From assembly GCF_016026235.1 (NCBI RefSeq), contig NZ_CP065613.1: 64,000 bases of DNA. One strand, given 5' to 3'. The notes beneath the pieces were generated by a model. It worked only from the letters and a program-made list of their open reading frames with translations. It did no database searches and had not been told where the DNA came from. The stretch is from Escherichia coli. GTDB taxonomy: Bacteria; Pseudomonadota; Gammaproteobacteria; Enterobacterales; Enterobacteriaceae. Both the position numbers and the translations under genes were made by a program. This document shows positions 14,082 to 25,408 of the stretch, in pieces. Positions within the stretch are counted from its first letter, which is position 1, and the number at the start of each line of letters is the position of its first letter.

Positions 14082-14332
14082 GGTATCTCCGGTTTTTCTT
14101 ATGCAGGGTAGTGCTTGAGATAAATGCTCGGCGGGGCAGTAGAGTTAATGAAGTGTTACTGAACGCCGAAGCTCACTTTTTAAAATTCGTTCTTCCATGC
14201 CCGGTAACGCTCCAGAAAACGGCTTTAATTGTTGTTATGACGCTATTACCTCGGTGAAAGTGATTATTCACTGTTACATACGGGTTACAACGTTAAAACG
14301 GTGCAATCATAGCTATCACATTGTTAAGATAC

Positions 14333-14348
14333 TGTGAAATCACTCACA
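14333..14348. promoter_or_regulatory. CRP site of the mgl promoter (class II geometry)
   Basis: tgtga-aatcac-tcaca, a perfect CRP half-site pair; on the minus strand a TATGAT -10 lies about 30 nt downstream (plus 14306-14311). Confidence 0.6.
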
Positions 14349-14350
14349 GA

Positions 14351-14366
14351 TTGAAAGCGGTTACAT
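14351..14366. promoter_or_regulatory. GalR/GalS operator-like dyad adjacent to the CRP site
   Basis: Minus strand atgtaaccgctttcaa resembles gal operators (GTGTAAACGATTCCAC / ATGTAACCGCTACCAC); it overlaps the galS stop codon. Confidence 0.4.
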
Positions 14367-15401
14367 CGCCTGATTTGTTGAGTTAGTGATCGCTGCCGCA
14401 TTCTGGCGTGTTGCGACAGAATGGCGACGCACTAACGTCGGCATAAAACAGTGGCTGGCACGAGGATCAATATTGCCTGCTGCCCCCTGCAAGGCCAGTT
14501 CGGTGGCTAATTTCGCCATTGAAGCAATGGGATAACGCACGGTCGTTAATTGCGGGTCGGTGTAACGGGCGATGGGAATATCATCGAAACCGATGATTGA
14601 GAGATGTAACGGAATCGCAATGCCATTATCTTTTAATGCTGTCAGTGCGCCAGCAGCCATATTGTCGTTATAAGCAAATACAGCGGTAAGTTGTAGATTG
14701 CGCCCCAGCAGTTCAACCATCGCCGCCTCACCGCCCGGCATGTCCGGCGTACCAGTGCCAATCCAGCTTTCCGGCGGAATAATATCCTGCTCTTTCAACG
14801 CACTCATCCAGCCTGCTTTACGCATGGCGTCATCTTCAATGCCGTGGCTGGAAGAAAGATAACCAATACGTTGATGACCGTTATTCAGCAACATGCGCGT
14901 CGCCATTCGGGCACCGCTGAGATTATCCAGGCAAACGCAACGATGGGCGTACCCCGGCACAACGCGGTTGATTAACACCATACCGGGAATGTTATCCATA
15001 AATTGCGCCAGTTCATCGTCACTCAATGCTTTTGAGTGAACAATCAACGCATTACAACGCTGGCGAATTAACACCTCAATGGCGTGACGCTCTTTTTCCG
15101 CTTCATGATAGCTATTGCCGATTAGCACGTATTTCTGATGCTGCTGGGCGACCAGATCCACCGCTTTTACCAGCGCGCCGAAAAACGCATCAGAAACGTC
15201 CATCACCACCACGCCAATGGTGTCGCTAACCTGAGTTGCCAGCGCCTGGGCATTGGCGTTTGGCCGATAATCCAGCTCACTCACGGCTTTCATTACTGCT
15301 TCACGCGTGTCGGCACTGACCAGCGTGCTGTTATTGATCACCCGGGAAACCGTTGCCACAGAGACGCCAGCCTGACGCGCTACATCACGAATGGTGATCA
15401 T
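14361..15401 (-). CDS. galS: Galactose isorepressor GalS (LacI/GalR family)
   Basis: ORF 14361..15407; conserved start [21 protein letters not shown] (HTH) at ATG 15401. Confidence 0.95.
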   Translation of the reverse strand: MITIRDVARQAGVSVATVSRVINNSTLVSADTREAVMKAVSELDYRPNANAQALATQVSDTIGVVVMDVSDAFFGALVKAVDLVAQQHQKYVLIGNSYHEAEKERHAIEVLIRQRCNALIVHSKALSDDELAQFMDNIPGMVLINRVVPGYAHRCVCLDNLSGARMATRMLLNNGHQRIGYLSSSHGIEDDAMRKAGWMSALKEQDIIPPESWIGTGTPDMPGGEAAMVELLGRNLQLTAVFAYNDNMAAGALTALKDNGIAIPLHLSIIGFDDIPIARYTDPQLTTVRYPIASMAKLATELALQGAAGNIDPRASHCFMPTLVRRHSVATRQNAAAITNSTNQAM

Positions 15402-15532
15402 ATTCACTACCTGTTAGTAAATGACTGCTTGCTGGCGGCTATTTTGTCAGCACTGAATACAGGACTTCGTGAATCGAGTCACAGCAATGGAAACGGTTAC
15501 AGCCGTTTTGTTAACGAATGTGATCCAGATCG

Positions 15533-16690
15533 TTATCTTGATGTTTTAGATATTGCCGTTCCGGCAGCACGCAAAGTTAACTGACGCCAGAGCCATTCCA
15601 CCGGCCCCTGGCGGAAGTAACGCAGCCAGATAACAGAGAAGAGGATATTCGCCAGCCATACCGGAATAACAAACGCCAGCAGCTCCAGGCGGTCAAAATG
15701 CATAAACAAACCGAGGTGGTAAAAAAGCATGGTACAAATCAGCGTTTGCAATAGATAGTTGGTCAGCGCCATCCGTCCGACGCAGGCGATCGCAAGCACC
15801 AGCTTAAAGCGGCTCAATTGCGGCCAGAAGCCATAAAACAGCGACGCATAGCCAATCGCCTGAAACGGCGCACTCAGTTCCCGCGGCATTTGAAGTAAGA
15901 AGGCACACCAGCGATACGCCCAGTCCAGCTGCCATTGCAGGGCGATGGCAGGAAGGTTAATGGTCACCCCAATCGCCACCAGCACAAAACCAGTACGACG
16001 ATAGTGACGTAAGCTGAACTGCCCTTTCAGCCAGCCGCTGCGCATCAGCGCCGCACCAATGAGCATCATCCCTGCCAGTTGCCAGCCATACTGTGCGCCC
16101 AGTGCCAGTAAACTGTTGCCAACACCATCGGCACGATTACTGATCGCTTCAACGCCGCCGTGAAGCTTCCAGTATTTTTCATACAAAATAGCCGATGCAT
16201 CCGGCGTCCAGGCGCGGCTGGTCTGGCTGTCGGAAATCAGCCCCAATAACAGCAAAACGCCAAGCCCCACCAGATAAAGCATGACGCCTGTATTAAACAG
16301 GCTTTTTACCGATGGCGCATCGCGCACCAGCCGCCAGCAGATTAAGCCCACCAGCCCGTAAGCCAGCAGAATATCGCCGTCCCAGAACAATAAACCGTGA
16401 ATAAAACCCAGCAAGACTAACAGCGTTAACCGCGACTGGATCCAGCGTCTGCCACGGGGCAGCAACATTTGCAGGCCCGCACCAAACAGCAGCGCAAAAA
16501 GCGTGAGGAATTTCACCTGGCCGATGAGATCGAGAAATGCCCAGGTCCATGCATCCTGCGGCGTAATAGCGCCGTACCAGGCGGGATTGAGATAAGCCGC
16601 CTTTGGTAGCCCAAAGGCGCTGATGTTTAATAGCAGGATCCCCAGAATGGCGACGCCGCGAACAAAATCGAGCGTTACGTTGCGCTCCAT
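15533..16690 (-). CDS. yeiB: YeiB, DUF418 inner-membrane protein
   Basis: 385-aa polytopic ORF MERNVTLDFVRGVAILGILLLNI... Confidence 0.9.
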   Translation of the reverse strand: MERNVTLDFVRGVAILGILLLNISAFGLPKAAYLNPAWYGAITPQDAWTWAFLDLIGQVKFLTLFALLFGAGLQMLLPRGRRWIQSRLTLLVLLGFIHGLLFWDGDILLAYGLVGLICWRLVRDAPSVKSLFNTGVMLYLVGLGVLLLLGLISDSQTSRAWTPDASAILYEKYWKLHGGVEAISNRADGVGNSLLALGAQYGWQLAGMMLIGAALMRSGWLKGQFSLRHYRRTGFVLVAIGVTINLPAIALQWQLDWAYRWCAFLLQMPRELSAPFQAIGYASLFYGFWPQLSRFKLVLAIACVGRMALTNYLLQTLICTMLFYHLGLFMHFDRLELLAFVIPVWLANILFSVIWLRYFRQGPVEWLWRQLTLRAAGTAISKTSR

Positions 16691-16706
16691 GGTTCCTGCC
16701 TTTTAA

Positions 16707-17375
16707 TCAGTTGTGATGACGCACAGCGCGCAGAAACTCGTGGCGCGTATTCTGACTGGATTTGAACAATCCACCAAGAGAGGTCGTTGTTGTGGCACTG
16801 GTTGCATCGCGGATGCCACGCGCTTTCACGCAGTAATGCACCGCATCAATGGAGACAGCCACGTTATTGGTGCCCAGCAGCGTTTGTAGCGCAATAAGAA
16901 TTTGCTGCGTCAGACGTTCCTGCACCTGCGGACGCTGGGCAAAGAACTGCACGATACGGTTAATTTTTGACAGACCGATCACCGAATCTTTCGGGATATA
17001 AGCCACCGTCGCTTTGCCATCGATGGTAACAAAATGGTGTTCACAGGTACTGGTCAGAGTGATATCGCGCACGGTGACCATTTCATCGACCTTCATTTTG
17101 TTTTCAATGAGGGTGATTTTCGGGAAGTTGGCGTAATCCAGACCGGAGAAAATTTCATCGACATACATTTTAGCGATGCGATGCGGCGTTTCCATCAAAC
17201 TGTCATCAGCCAGGTCGAGATTCAGCAGCTGCATGATTTCGGTCATATGACCAGCAATAAGGCTTTTGCGCGTTTCGTTATCCATTTCATGCACGGGCGG
17301 GCGCAGCGGTGTTTCCAGTCCTCGCGCAACTAACGCTTCATGAACCAGGGCCGCTTCTTTACTGAGTGATGGCAT
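16707..17375 (-). CDS. folE: GTP cyclohydrolase I
   Basis: 222-aa ORF with the conserved CEHH motif (TSTCEHHFV). Confidence 0.95.
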
Positions 17376-17599
17376 TTATGATTTCTCCTGCAGGTGTGAC
17401 GCCTCCGCCCTGCGTGGGGGCAAAGTTATTAAGCTGATTTACAGCCTGATTATTGTGCGTGAGGCGGCGCACATAATCCAGTATTCACAGCGATAATTAT
17501 TGTAATTGCCGCTGCCTTTCATCAGCAGATGTTAAAACATCGTTATGCAAATACGGAAGTGAAAGTTACTCACAGCACATTGAATAAACGGTATGATGA

Positions 17600-18469
<870 letters not shown>

Positions 18470-18500
18470 AAGTCCGCCCGGTTCGCCGGGCATCTTCTCA

Positions 18501-20480
18501 TCAGAAGCGATAATCCACTGCCATAAAGTAACGACGTCCGTCTTCGTTATAGCTGTAGTCGTCACGACTGAGATCCTTGTTGCCAAGGTTCAGCACGCCT
18601 GCGCGCAGTTTGACGTCTTTAGTCACCTGCCAGGCCGCTCCGGTATTCCAGATGGTATAACCGCCAGGTGTTTTAGCCGTCGCGCTGTCGGCTCGTTTCT
18701 GCCCGGTATAGTGACCAGAAACATAGAATGACCAGTCTTCCAGCGCCAGCGGTTTCCAGTCCAACGTACCGTTAGCGGTATGGAACGGCAGATCAGATAG
18801 CGGTTTATTTTCGCCGTTGCTGACATCACGACCATCGTTGTAGGTGTAGTTGAGTGACAGTTTCCATTCATCGTTGAACGGAATTTTCAGCTCGGTTTCC
18901 ACGCCCTGAATACGTGCTTTGTTAACGTTGTAGTAGCTAAATACCGGCACACCGTTCGCTGTAAAACCAACAAAGTTTTGGTAGCCCGGTGCAGCATTGA
19001 CGTCAGACGTACGGCTGATGCTGATACGATCTTTCACATCGTTACGGAAAACGGTAACGCTGGATTCAACCCCTTCCAGCCAGCCTTCTTCACCCATGTA
19101 GTAAAGCCCCAGCTCCCAACTTTCGCTGGTTTCTGGTTTCAGATCCGGGCTACCCACAATCTTACATGCGCCACGGCAGGAATTGCTCGTCCAGTCAGGG
19201 CTAAGTTGCAACAGAGAAGGTGCTTTAAATGCCGTCGCCCAGCCCCCTTTCACCGTTACGGTGTCGGTGGCGTTATAAACCAGGTAAGCACGCGGACTCC
19301 AGTGTTCACCGTAGGTTTCATGATCGTCCATACGTACGCCGGTCGTCAGCGCCAGCGGCTCGAAGATCCGCCATTCATCTTCCACAAACAGCGCGTACTG
19401 GCTGGCAGACGTTTTGGAGCTGGTTCCCCCGGTCAGGTTCACCGCATCGCTAAGTTTGTCGTGACGCCATTCACCGCCAACCGTGAGAAACTGATTAATC
19501 GCCGTCAGCGGCAACGTGTATTTGCCGTCGACCGTATTGCTTTCGGAAGTTATCGGGCTGCTGTTGCCAGGGTTTTTGTTCTCGACTTTCTCACCGTAGT
19601 ATTTCAGTTCGCTGGTGCCGTAATCCCAACGCCCATTATGGCTGACGGAGTAGTTCTGGCGTTCCAGGCGGTTTTTGTCCAGCGAGTCGGAATCACGATC
19701 CTGACGGTCGAAACCGTATCCGGCAGTAAAATCGTGATTTTGATTCGGTGTCCAGGCAAATTCGACATTGCCGTCGCGGCTGGAGAATCCTTCAATACGC
19801 GGCGTATCTCCGGTATCGGTGGTCGTTGAGTTTTGCGGGTCATCCTTTTCACGTTTTGCCAGGCTGCCGTAAGCTTTCATTCCCAGCACACCATCAATTA
19901 ATGGTCCACTGGTAAAGAACTGACCGTTATAGGTATCACCGCGATCGCGATGTTCCTGAATGGTGGTATCGACGGTAACGGTACCCGACCATTTCTGACC
20001 GATTTTTTTGGTGATGATATTCACTACACCGCCGAGCGCATCGGAACCGTACAGCGACGACATCGGGCCACGGACCACTTCAATACGTTCGATGGAATCG
20101 ACCGGGATCCAGTTCAGATCGAAATCATTGTGGCGGAAGACGGCATTGCGGGAGTTAACGCGTTTACCGTCGACAAGAATCAGGGTGTAGCTGCTGTCCA
20201 GACCACGAATACTAACGCCCTTACGGTTATCCCCTTCGTTCGTCAGTTGTACGCCAGGCACTTCTTTGAGGACATCCTTCAGATTCTGTACCGGTTTTCG
20301 CTGCAGGTCTTCCTGGGTAATGACGCTGATACTGGCGGGTGCATCTTTAAGGTTTTGTTCAACGGAAGATGCAGTGACAACCATCGTTTCGCCATCATCA
20401 TCGACCGCTAACACAGGCCATGCACAAGAAATAGCGGACAAACACAGCCCGACCCGTACGAAAGGGTTCAACCTAAACAT
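18501..20480 (-). CDS. cirA: TonB-dependent catecholate siderophore / colicin I receptor
   Basis: 659-aa ORF with signal peptide, TonB box ETMVVTA, plug and barrel, C-terminal ...AVDYRF. Confidence 0.95.
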   Translation of the reverse strand: MFRLNPFVRVGLCLSAISCAWPVLAVDDDGETMVVTASSVEQNLKDAPASISVITQEDLQRKPVQNLKDVLKEVPGVQLTNEGDNRKGVSIRGLDSSYTLILVDGKRVNSRNAVFRHNDFDLNWIPVDSIERIEVVRGPMSSLYGSDALGGVVNIITKKIGQKWSGTVTVDTTIQEHRDRGDTYNGQFFTSGPLIDGVLGMKAYGSLAKREKDDPQNSTTTDTGDTPRIEGFSSRDGNVEFAWTPNQNHDFTAGYGFDRQDRDSDSLDKNRLERQNYSVSHNGRWDYGTSELKYYGEKVENKNPGNSSPITSESNTVDGKYTLPLTAINQFLTVGGEWRHDKLSDAVNLTGGTSSKTSASQYALFVEDEWRIFEPLALTTGVRMDDHETYGEHWSPRAYLVYNATDTVTVKGGWATAFKAPSLLQLSPDWTSNSCRGACKIVGSPDLKPETSESWELGLYYMGEEGWLEGVESSVTVFRNDVKDRISISRTSDVNAAPGYQNFVGFTANGVPVFSYYNVNKARIQGVETELKIPFNDEWKLSLNYTYNDGRDVSNGENKPLSDLPFHTANGTLDWKPLALEDWSFYVSGHYTGQKRADSATAKTPGGYTIWNTGAAWQVTKDVKLRAGVLNLGNKDLSRDDYSYNEDGRRYFMAVDYRF

Positions 20481-20649
20481 TCCATATCTCCATGAGGTAA
20501 CTACGAAAATAAAATGGGTTATCGCTCACATCTTCTTCACGTCCCCTTGCGTACGGCAGCATCGCGGTGGACTTATTTGTATGCAGGTGATCATCCCAGA
20601 AAGCCGGACCAGCCTCTGATTTGTCAGCCTTTTTTGATTGCGGCGTAAC

Positions 20650-20674
20650 GATAATGCAAACGATAACAATTATC
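20650..20674. promoter_or_regulatory. Fur box-like sequence upstream of cirA
   Basis: gataatgcaaacgataacaattatc resembles the Fur consensus GATAATGATAATCATTATC; cirA is iron/Fur regulated. Confidence 0.5.
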
Positions 20675-20725
20675 AATCCAAATGTTAAATTTTATATCCG
20701 CATGATTTGTCAGGGAAATGGAATT

Positions 20726-20751
20726 GAAAAAGCCCTCTCGGTTGAGAGGGC
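20726..20751 (-). terminator. Rho-independent terminator downstream of lysP
   Basis: Minus strand GCCCTCTC-aacc-GAGAGGGC followed by TTTTTC, 20 nt after the lysP stop. Confidence 0.7.
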
Positions 20752-20771
20752 TTAGCAAGGAAGGGAGAAAC

Positions 20772-22241
20772 TTATTTCTTATCGTTCTGCGGGAACTTCA
20801 TTTCGCTGTAGCGTACGAAGTGGGTTCCTTTAATCAGCTTGTAGCCGAACCAAATAATCAGGAACAGCGGGATACCAATATACGTTGCCGCTACGCCGCC
20901 CCAGTCAATGGTATCTTTAAGGAACGCTTCGTAGTTCTGGCCCAAAGTGATAATCAGACACAGAATGAATGCGAAGATCGGCCCCAATGGGAAGAAACCT
21001 GAACGGTACGGCAGATCGTTAATGTCGTGTCCCTGCAATACGTAACCGCGACGGAAGCGATAGTGGCTAATGGCAATCCCCAGCCAGGCGATAAAACCGG
21101 TCATCCCGGAGGTATTCAGCAGCCACAGGTATACCGTCTGGTTGCCAAACATGGAGGTCAGGAAGCACAGACCGGCAATCACCGTCGTCGCATACAGCGC
21201 ATTACGCGGCACGCCACCACGCGACAGTTTAGCGAAAATGCGCGGCGCTTTACCGTCACACGCCAGGGTGTACAGCATACGAGTAGACGCATACATACCG
21301 GAGTTACCCGCTGACAGCACCGCCGTCAGAATAACTGCGTTCATCACCGCCGCCGCAGAGAGCAGACCCGCGTGCTGGAACACCAGGGTGAACGGACTAA
21401 CGCTGATGTCTTTAACATCGTTACGCAGCAGGCTCGGATCGGTGTACGGAATAATCAGGCTGATAATCAGGATCGCGAACACATAGAACAACAGGATTCG
21501 CCAGAACACCTGACGTACCGCGCGTGGAATGTTTTTCGCCGGATCTTCGGACTCGCCTGCAGCAATACCGATCAGCTCGGTTCCCTGGAAAGAGAAGCCG
21601 ACAATCATAGCTACGCCGATCATCGCCGCAAAACCACCAGCAAACGGCGCTTCGCCGATTGTCCAGTTGCTCCAGCCCGCAGGCTGCGCGCCTTTGAAGA
21701 TACCGATAATCATCAGCACGCCAACGATGATAAAGACAATAACTGTCGTGACTTTGATCAGTGAGAACCAGTATTCCGCTTCACCAAAGCCGCGAACAGA
21801 GATGTAGTTCAGCAGGAAGATAACGCCGAGGAACAACGCACTCCAGATCCAGCCCGGTGTATCCGGGAACCACCAGCTCATGACCAGCTGAGCTGCAACC
21901 AGGTCAACGGCAATAGTCACCGCCCAGTTGTACCAGTAGTTCCAGCCCAGCGCGAAGCCAAAGCCCTCTTCAACATAGTTCTGACCGTAAGTGGCAAACG
22001 AACCGGAAACCGGCATATATGCAGCCAGTTCACCGAGACTGGTCATCAGGAAGTAAACCATCAGGCCAATCAACATATACGAGAGCAATGCCCCGCCCGG
22101 ACCTGCCTGAGAAATCGTTGCGCCAGAGGCAACAAAAAGACCTGTACCGATGGAACCGCCAATGGCAATCATCGTCAGGTGACGCGCCTTTAATTCACGG
22201 CGTAAGCCCGGCGCTTCTGTGGTTTTAGTTTCGGAAACCAT
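20772..22241 (-). CDS. lysP: Lysine-specific permease (APC family)
   Basis: 489-aa ORF MVSETKTTEAPGLRRELKARHLTMIAIGG... Confidence 0.95.
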   Translation of the reverse strand: MVSETKTTEAPGLRRELKARHLTMIAIGGSIGTGLFVASGATISQAGPGGALLSYMLIGLMVYFLMTSLGELAAYMPVSGSFATYGQNYVEEGFGFALGWNYWYNWAVTIAVDLVAAQLVMSWWFPDTPGWIWSALFLGVIFLLNYISVRGFGEAEYWFSLIKVTTVIVFIIVGVLMIIGIFKGAQPAGWSNWTIGEAPFAGGFAAMIGVAMIVGFSFQGTELIGIAAGESEDPAKNIPRAVRQVFWRILLFYVFAILIISLIIPYTDPSLLRNDVKDISVSPFTLVFQHAGLLSAAAVMNAVILTAVLSAGNSGMYASTRMLYTLACDGKAPRIFAKLSRGGVPRNALYATTVIAGLCFLTSMFGNQTVYLWLLNTSGMTGFIAWLGIAISHYRFRRGYVLQGHDINDLPYRSGFFPLGPIFAFILCLIITLGQNYEAFLKDTIDWGGVAATYIGIPLFLIIWFGYKLIKGTHFVRYSEMKFPQNDKK

Positions 22242-22445
22242 ACAAAAATGCTATCCATCTAAAAAATGAGGCGCGATTGTAGCAGACGATTGGCAATTCT
22301 TCCGGCAGAAATACACGGTTATAAGACACCTTCATGATCGCCCAGGGATTATAAGTAAAGCAGCCAATCTCTTTTCTGGCGAATGCATGCTGAAGGCGCT
22401 GCGTCACGAAATCGACACAGCACCAGCATGTTCTTGTACAGCAAC

Positions 22446-23327
22446 TTAACGCGGCACATTTGCGGGATCGCAATAGTCCAGAAAGCGCCGTAGCGCGTTG
22501 GAAAGGTGTTTTTGCCGATGATGTATACGCCACAACGTACGCATCAGGCGCGGCAGAGGGACCGCAACTTCACTTAATGTGCCTGCCTGCAATTGATCTT
22601 CAATCACCCGTCGCGACAGGCAACTAATTCCCAACCCATGACGCACCGCATGTTTGATTGCCTCGGAGTTACCTAATTCCATCGCCATCTCAAACTTCGG
22701 TAAATGTGACAGCAACAGATAATCGACAATCTCCCGCGTGCCGGAGCCGCGTTCACGCAGGATCCACGGCGCAGCGGCCAGCTGTTCTAAGGTGACCGGA
22801 CCACGGGCAAACGGCGAAGTCGGCGCGGCGAAAACCACCAGCTCGTCTTCCAGCCACGGTTCAGAAATGATTTCAGTGCTGTGGCACGGTCCTTCAATAA
22901 AGCCAATATCAACGCGGAAATCCAGCACCGCTTGCATCACGTCCTGGCTGTTCCCAACGCTAAGTTCAATCGGCAACTGCGGATAATCATGGCGATAACG
23001 GGCGATAACTGCAGACAGAATGTAGTTACCGATGGTACTACTGGCATAGATACGAATCGCGCCGTTGTCTTCGCGAAACAGTTGTTCGATTTCAACCGCC
23101 TGTTCAAGCAATGCCAACGCACGCGGATAGAGCAGCCGCCCGTGTTCATTAACAACCAGTCTTTTCCCCACGCGATCAAACAGTTGCACGCCAAGCTGCC
23201 CTTCCAGGTCGGTCAAGGCTGCGCTCACTGCTGATTGCGACAACGCCAGCATCACCGACGCCTGGGTGGTTGATCCACTTTTCAATACTTCTGCAAAAAC
23301 TTCCAACTGCCGGAGGGTGATGTGCAT
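22446..23327 (-). CDS. yeiE: LysR-family transcriptional regulator YeiE
   Basis: 293-aa ORF with N-terminal HTH, divergent from yeiH. Confidence 0.9.
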   Translation of the reverse strand: MHITLRQLEVFAEVLKSGSTTQASVMLALSQSAVSAALTDLEGQLGVQLFDRVGKRLVVNEHGRLLYPRALALLEQAVEIEQLFREDNGAIRIYASSTIGNYILSAVIARYRHDYPQLPIELSVGNSQDVMQAVLDFRVDIGFIEGPCHSTEIISEPWLEDELVVFAAPTSPFARGPVTLEQLAAAPWILRERGSGTREIVDYLLLSHLPKFEMAMELGNSEAIKHAVRHGLGISCLSRRVIEDQLQAGTLSEVAVPLPRLMRTLWRIHHRQKHLSNALRRFLDYCDPANVPR

Positions 23328-23425
23328 AGTCGCTTACCACTTATAAAGATTAATTATAAATATATAATCAATTTTATTTTTAAACCAGTTAGTCGTAACC
23401 TTATGCCCGGTTAAAGGAGAGGGTT

Positions 23426-24475
23426 ATGACGAATATCACCTTACAGAAACAACATCGTACACTGTGGCATTTTATTCTGGGGTTAGCCCTGAGTGCAGTT
23501 ATCACCGGGGTCGCCCTGTGGGGTGGTTCCATTCCCGCGGTTGCGGGTGCCGGGTTTAGTGCCCTCACCCTCGCAATCTTGTTGGGGATGGTTTTAGGCA
23601 ACACCATCTATCCGCACATCTGGAAAAGCTGTGACGGTGGTGTGCTGTTTGCCAAGCAATATTTATTACGTCTGGGTATCATTCTTTATGGCTTCCGTCT
23701 GACGTTCTCGCAAATTGCCGATGTCGGTATCAGTGGGATCATCATTGACGTGTTGACGCTGTCCAGTACCTTCCTGCTGGCTTGCTTCCTGGGGCAGAAA
23801 GTGTTTGGTCTGGATAAGCACACCAGCTGGTTGATCGGTGCCGGTAGCAGTATCTGTGGTGCTGCCGCGGTACTGGCGACTGAGCCGGTAGTGAAAGCGG
23901 AAGCCAGTAAAGTAACCGTGGCTGTTGCAACCGTTGTTATCTTCGGGACCGTCGCGATTTTCCTCTACCCGGCGATATATCCGCTGATGTCTCAATGGGT
24001 TAGTCCGGAAACTTTCGGTATCTACATTGGTTCTACTGTGCACGAAGTGGCGCAGGTGGTGGCGGCAGGTCATGCCATCAGCCCGGATGCAGAAAACGCA
24101 GCAGTTATTTCCAAAATGCTGCGCGTGATGATGCTGGCTCCGTTCCTCATCCTGCTGGCGGCGCGTGTTAAACAGCTGTCTGGGGCGAACAGCGGCGAGA
24201 AAAGCAAAATCACTATTCCGTGGTTTGCCATCTTGTTCATCGTAGTTGCCATCTTTAACTCGTTCCACCTGTTACCGCAGAGCGTGGTGAACATGCTGGT
24301 AACGCTGGATACCTTCCTGCTGGCAATGGCGATGGCGGCGCTGGGTCTGACCACTCACGTCAGCGCGCTGAAAAAAGCCGGGGCGAAACCTCTGCTGATG
24401 GCACTGGTACTGTTTGCCTGGCTGATTGTTGGTGGTGGTGCGATTAACTATGTGATTCAAAGCGTCATCGCATAA
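23426..24475 (+). CDS. yeiH: YeiH, UPF0324 inner-membrane protein
   Basis: 349-aa polytopic ORF; AAGGAGAGGG RBS upstream. Confidence 0.9.
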   Translation: MTNITLQKQHRTLWHFILGLALSAVITGVALWGGSIPAVAGAGFSALTLAILLGMVLGNTIYPHIWKSCDGGVLFAKQYLLRLGIILYGFRLTFSQIADVGISGIIIDVLTLSSTFLLACFLGQKVFGLDKHTSWLIGAGSSICGAAAVLATEPVVKAEASKVTVAVATVVIFGTVAIFLYPAIYPLMSQWVSPETFGIYIGSTVHEVAQVVAAGHAISPDAENAAVISKMLRVMMLAPFLILLAARVKQLSGANSGEKSKITIPWFAILFIVVAIFNSFHLLPQSVVNMLVTLDTFLLAMAMAALGLTTHVSALKKAGAKPLLMALVLFAWLIVGGGAINYVIQSVIA

Positions 24476-24489
24476 ACCACTACATCTTG

Positions 24490-24541
24490 CTCCTGTTAAC
24501 CCGCTATCATTACCGTTTTCCTCCAGCGGGTTTAACAGGAG
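24490..24541 (+). promoter_or_regulatory. Imperfect 15-bp inverted repeat whose 3' arm contains the nfo Shine-Dalgarno
   Basis: ctcctgttaacccgc (24490-24504) pairs with gcgggtttaacaggag (24526-24541) with one bulge; the SD aggag (24537-24541) is in the stem; nfo ATG at 24549. Confidence 0.45.
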
Positions 24542-24548
24542 TCCTCGC

Positions 24549-25406
24549 ATGAAATACATTGGAGCGCACGTTAGTGCTGCTGGCGGTCTGGCAAATGCCG
24601 CAATTCGCGCCGCCGAAATCGACGCAACCGCGTTTGCCTTGTTCACCAAAAACCAACGTCAGTGGCGTGCCGCACCGCTCACGACGCAAACCATCGATGA
24701 ATTCAAAGCCGCCTGTGAAAAATATCACTACACATCGGCGCAAATTCTTCCCCACGACAGTTATCTGATTAACCTCGGACATCCGGTCACTGAAGCTCTG
24801 GAAAAATCGCGCGATGCCTTTATAGATGAAATGCAGCGTTGCGAACAGCTGGGGCTTTCTTTGCTCAACTTCCACCCTGGCAGCCATCTGATGCAGATTT
24901 CAGAAGAGGATTGCCTTGCGCGTATTGCCGAATCCATCAACATTGCGCTGGATAAAACTCAAGGTGTGACTGCGGTGATTGAAAACACCGCCGGTCAGGG
25001 CAGTAACTTAGGGTTTAAATTCGAACATCTCGCGGCGATTATCGACGGCGTGGAAGATAAATCCCGTGTCGGCGTCTGCATTGATACCTGCCATGCTTTC
25101 GCTGCCGGGTATGATTTGCGTACTCCAGCCGAATGCGAGAAAACGTTCGCTGATTTTGCCCGTATTGTCGGCTTTAAGTATCTGCGCGGGATGCACCTTA
25201 ACGATGCGAAAAGCACCTTTGGCAGCCGCGTTGACCGCCATCATAGCCTCGGTGCAGGCAATATCGGTCATGATGCGTTCCGCTGGATCATGCAGGACGA
25301 CCGTTTCGACGGCATTCCGCTGATCCTTGAAACCATCAACCCGGATATCTGGGCAGAAGAGATCGCCTGGCTGAAAGCGCAACAAACTGAAAAAGCGGTA
25401 GCCTGA
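24549..25406 (+). CDS. nfo: Endonuclease IV (AP endonuclease)
   Basis: 285-aa [26 protein letters not shown]..., TIM-barrel AP endonuclease. Confidence 0.95.
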   Translation: MKYIGAHVSAAGGLANAAIRAAEIDATAFALFTKNQRQWRAAPLTTQTIDEFKAACEKYHYTSAQILPHDSYLINLGHPVTEALEKSRDAFIDEMQRCEQLGLSLLNFHPGSHLMQISEEDCLARIAESINIALDKTQGVTAVIENTAGQGSNLGFKFEHLAAIIDGVEDKSRVGVCIDTCHAFAAGYDLRTPAECEKTFADFARIVGFKYLRGMHLNDAKSTFGSRVDRHHSLGAGNIGHDAFRWIMQDDRFDGIPLILETINPDIWAEEIAWLKAQQTEKAVA

Positions 25407-25408
25407 AG

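Noticed and set aside
18978-19829. 283-aa ORF antisense to cirA
   Set aside because: Fully embedded opposite the cirA coding sequence; Arg-rich shadow ORF.
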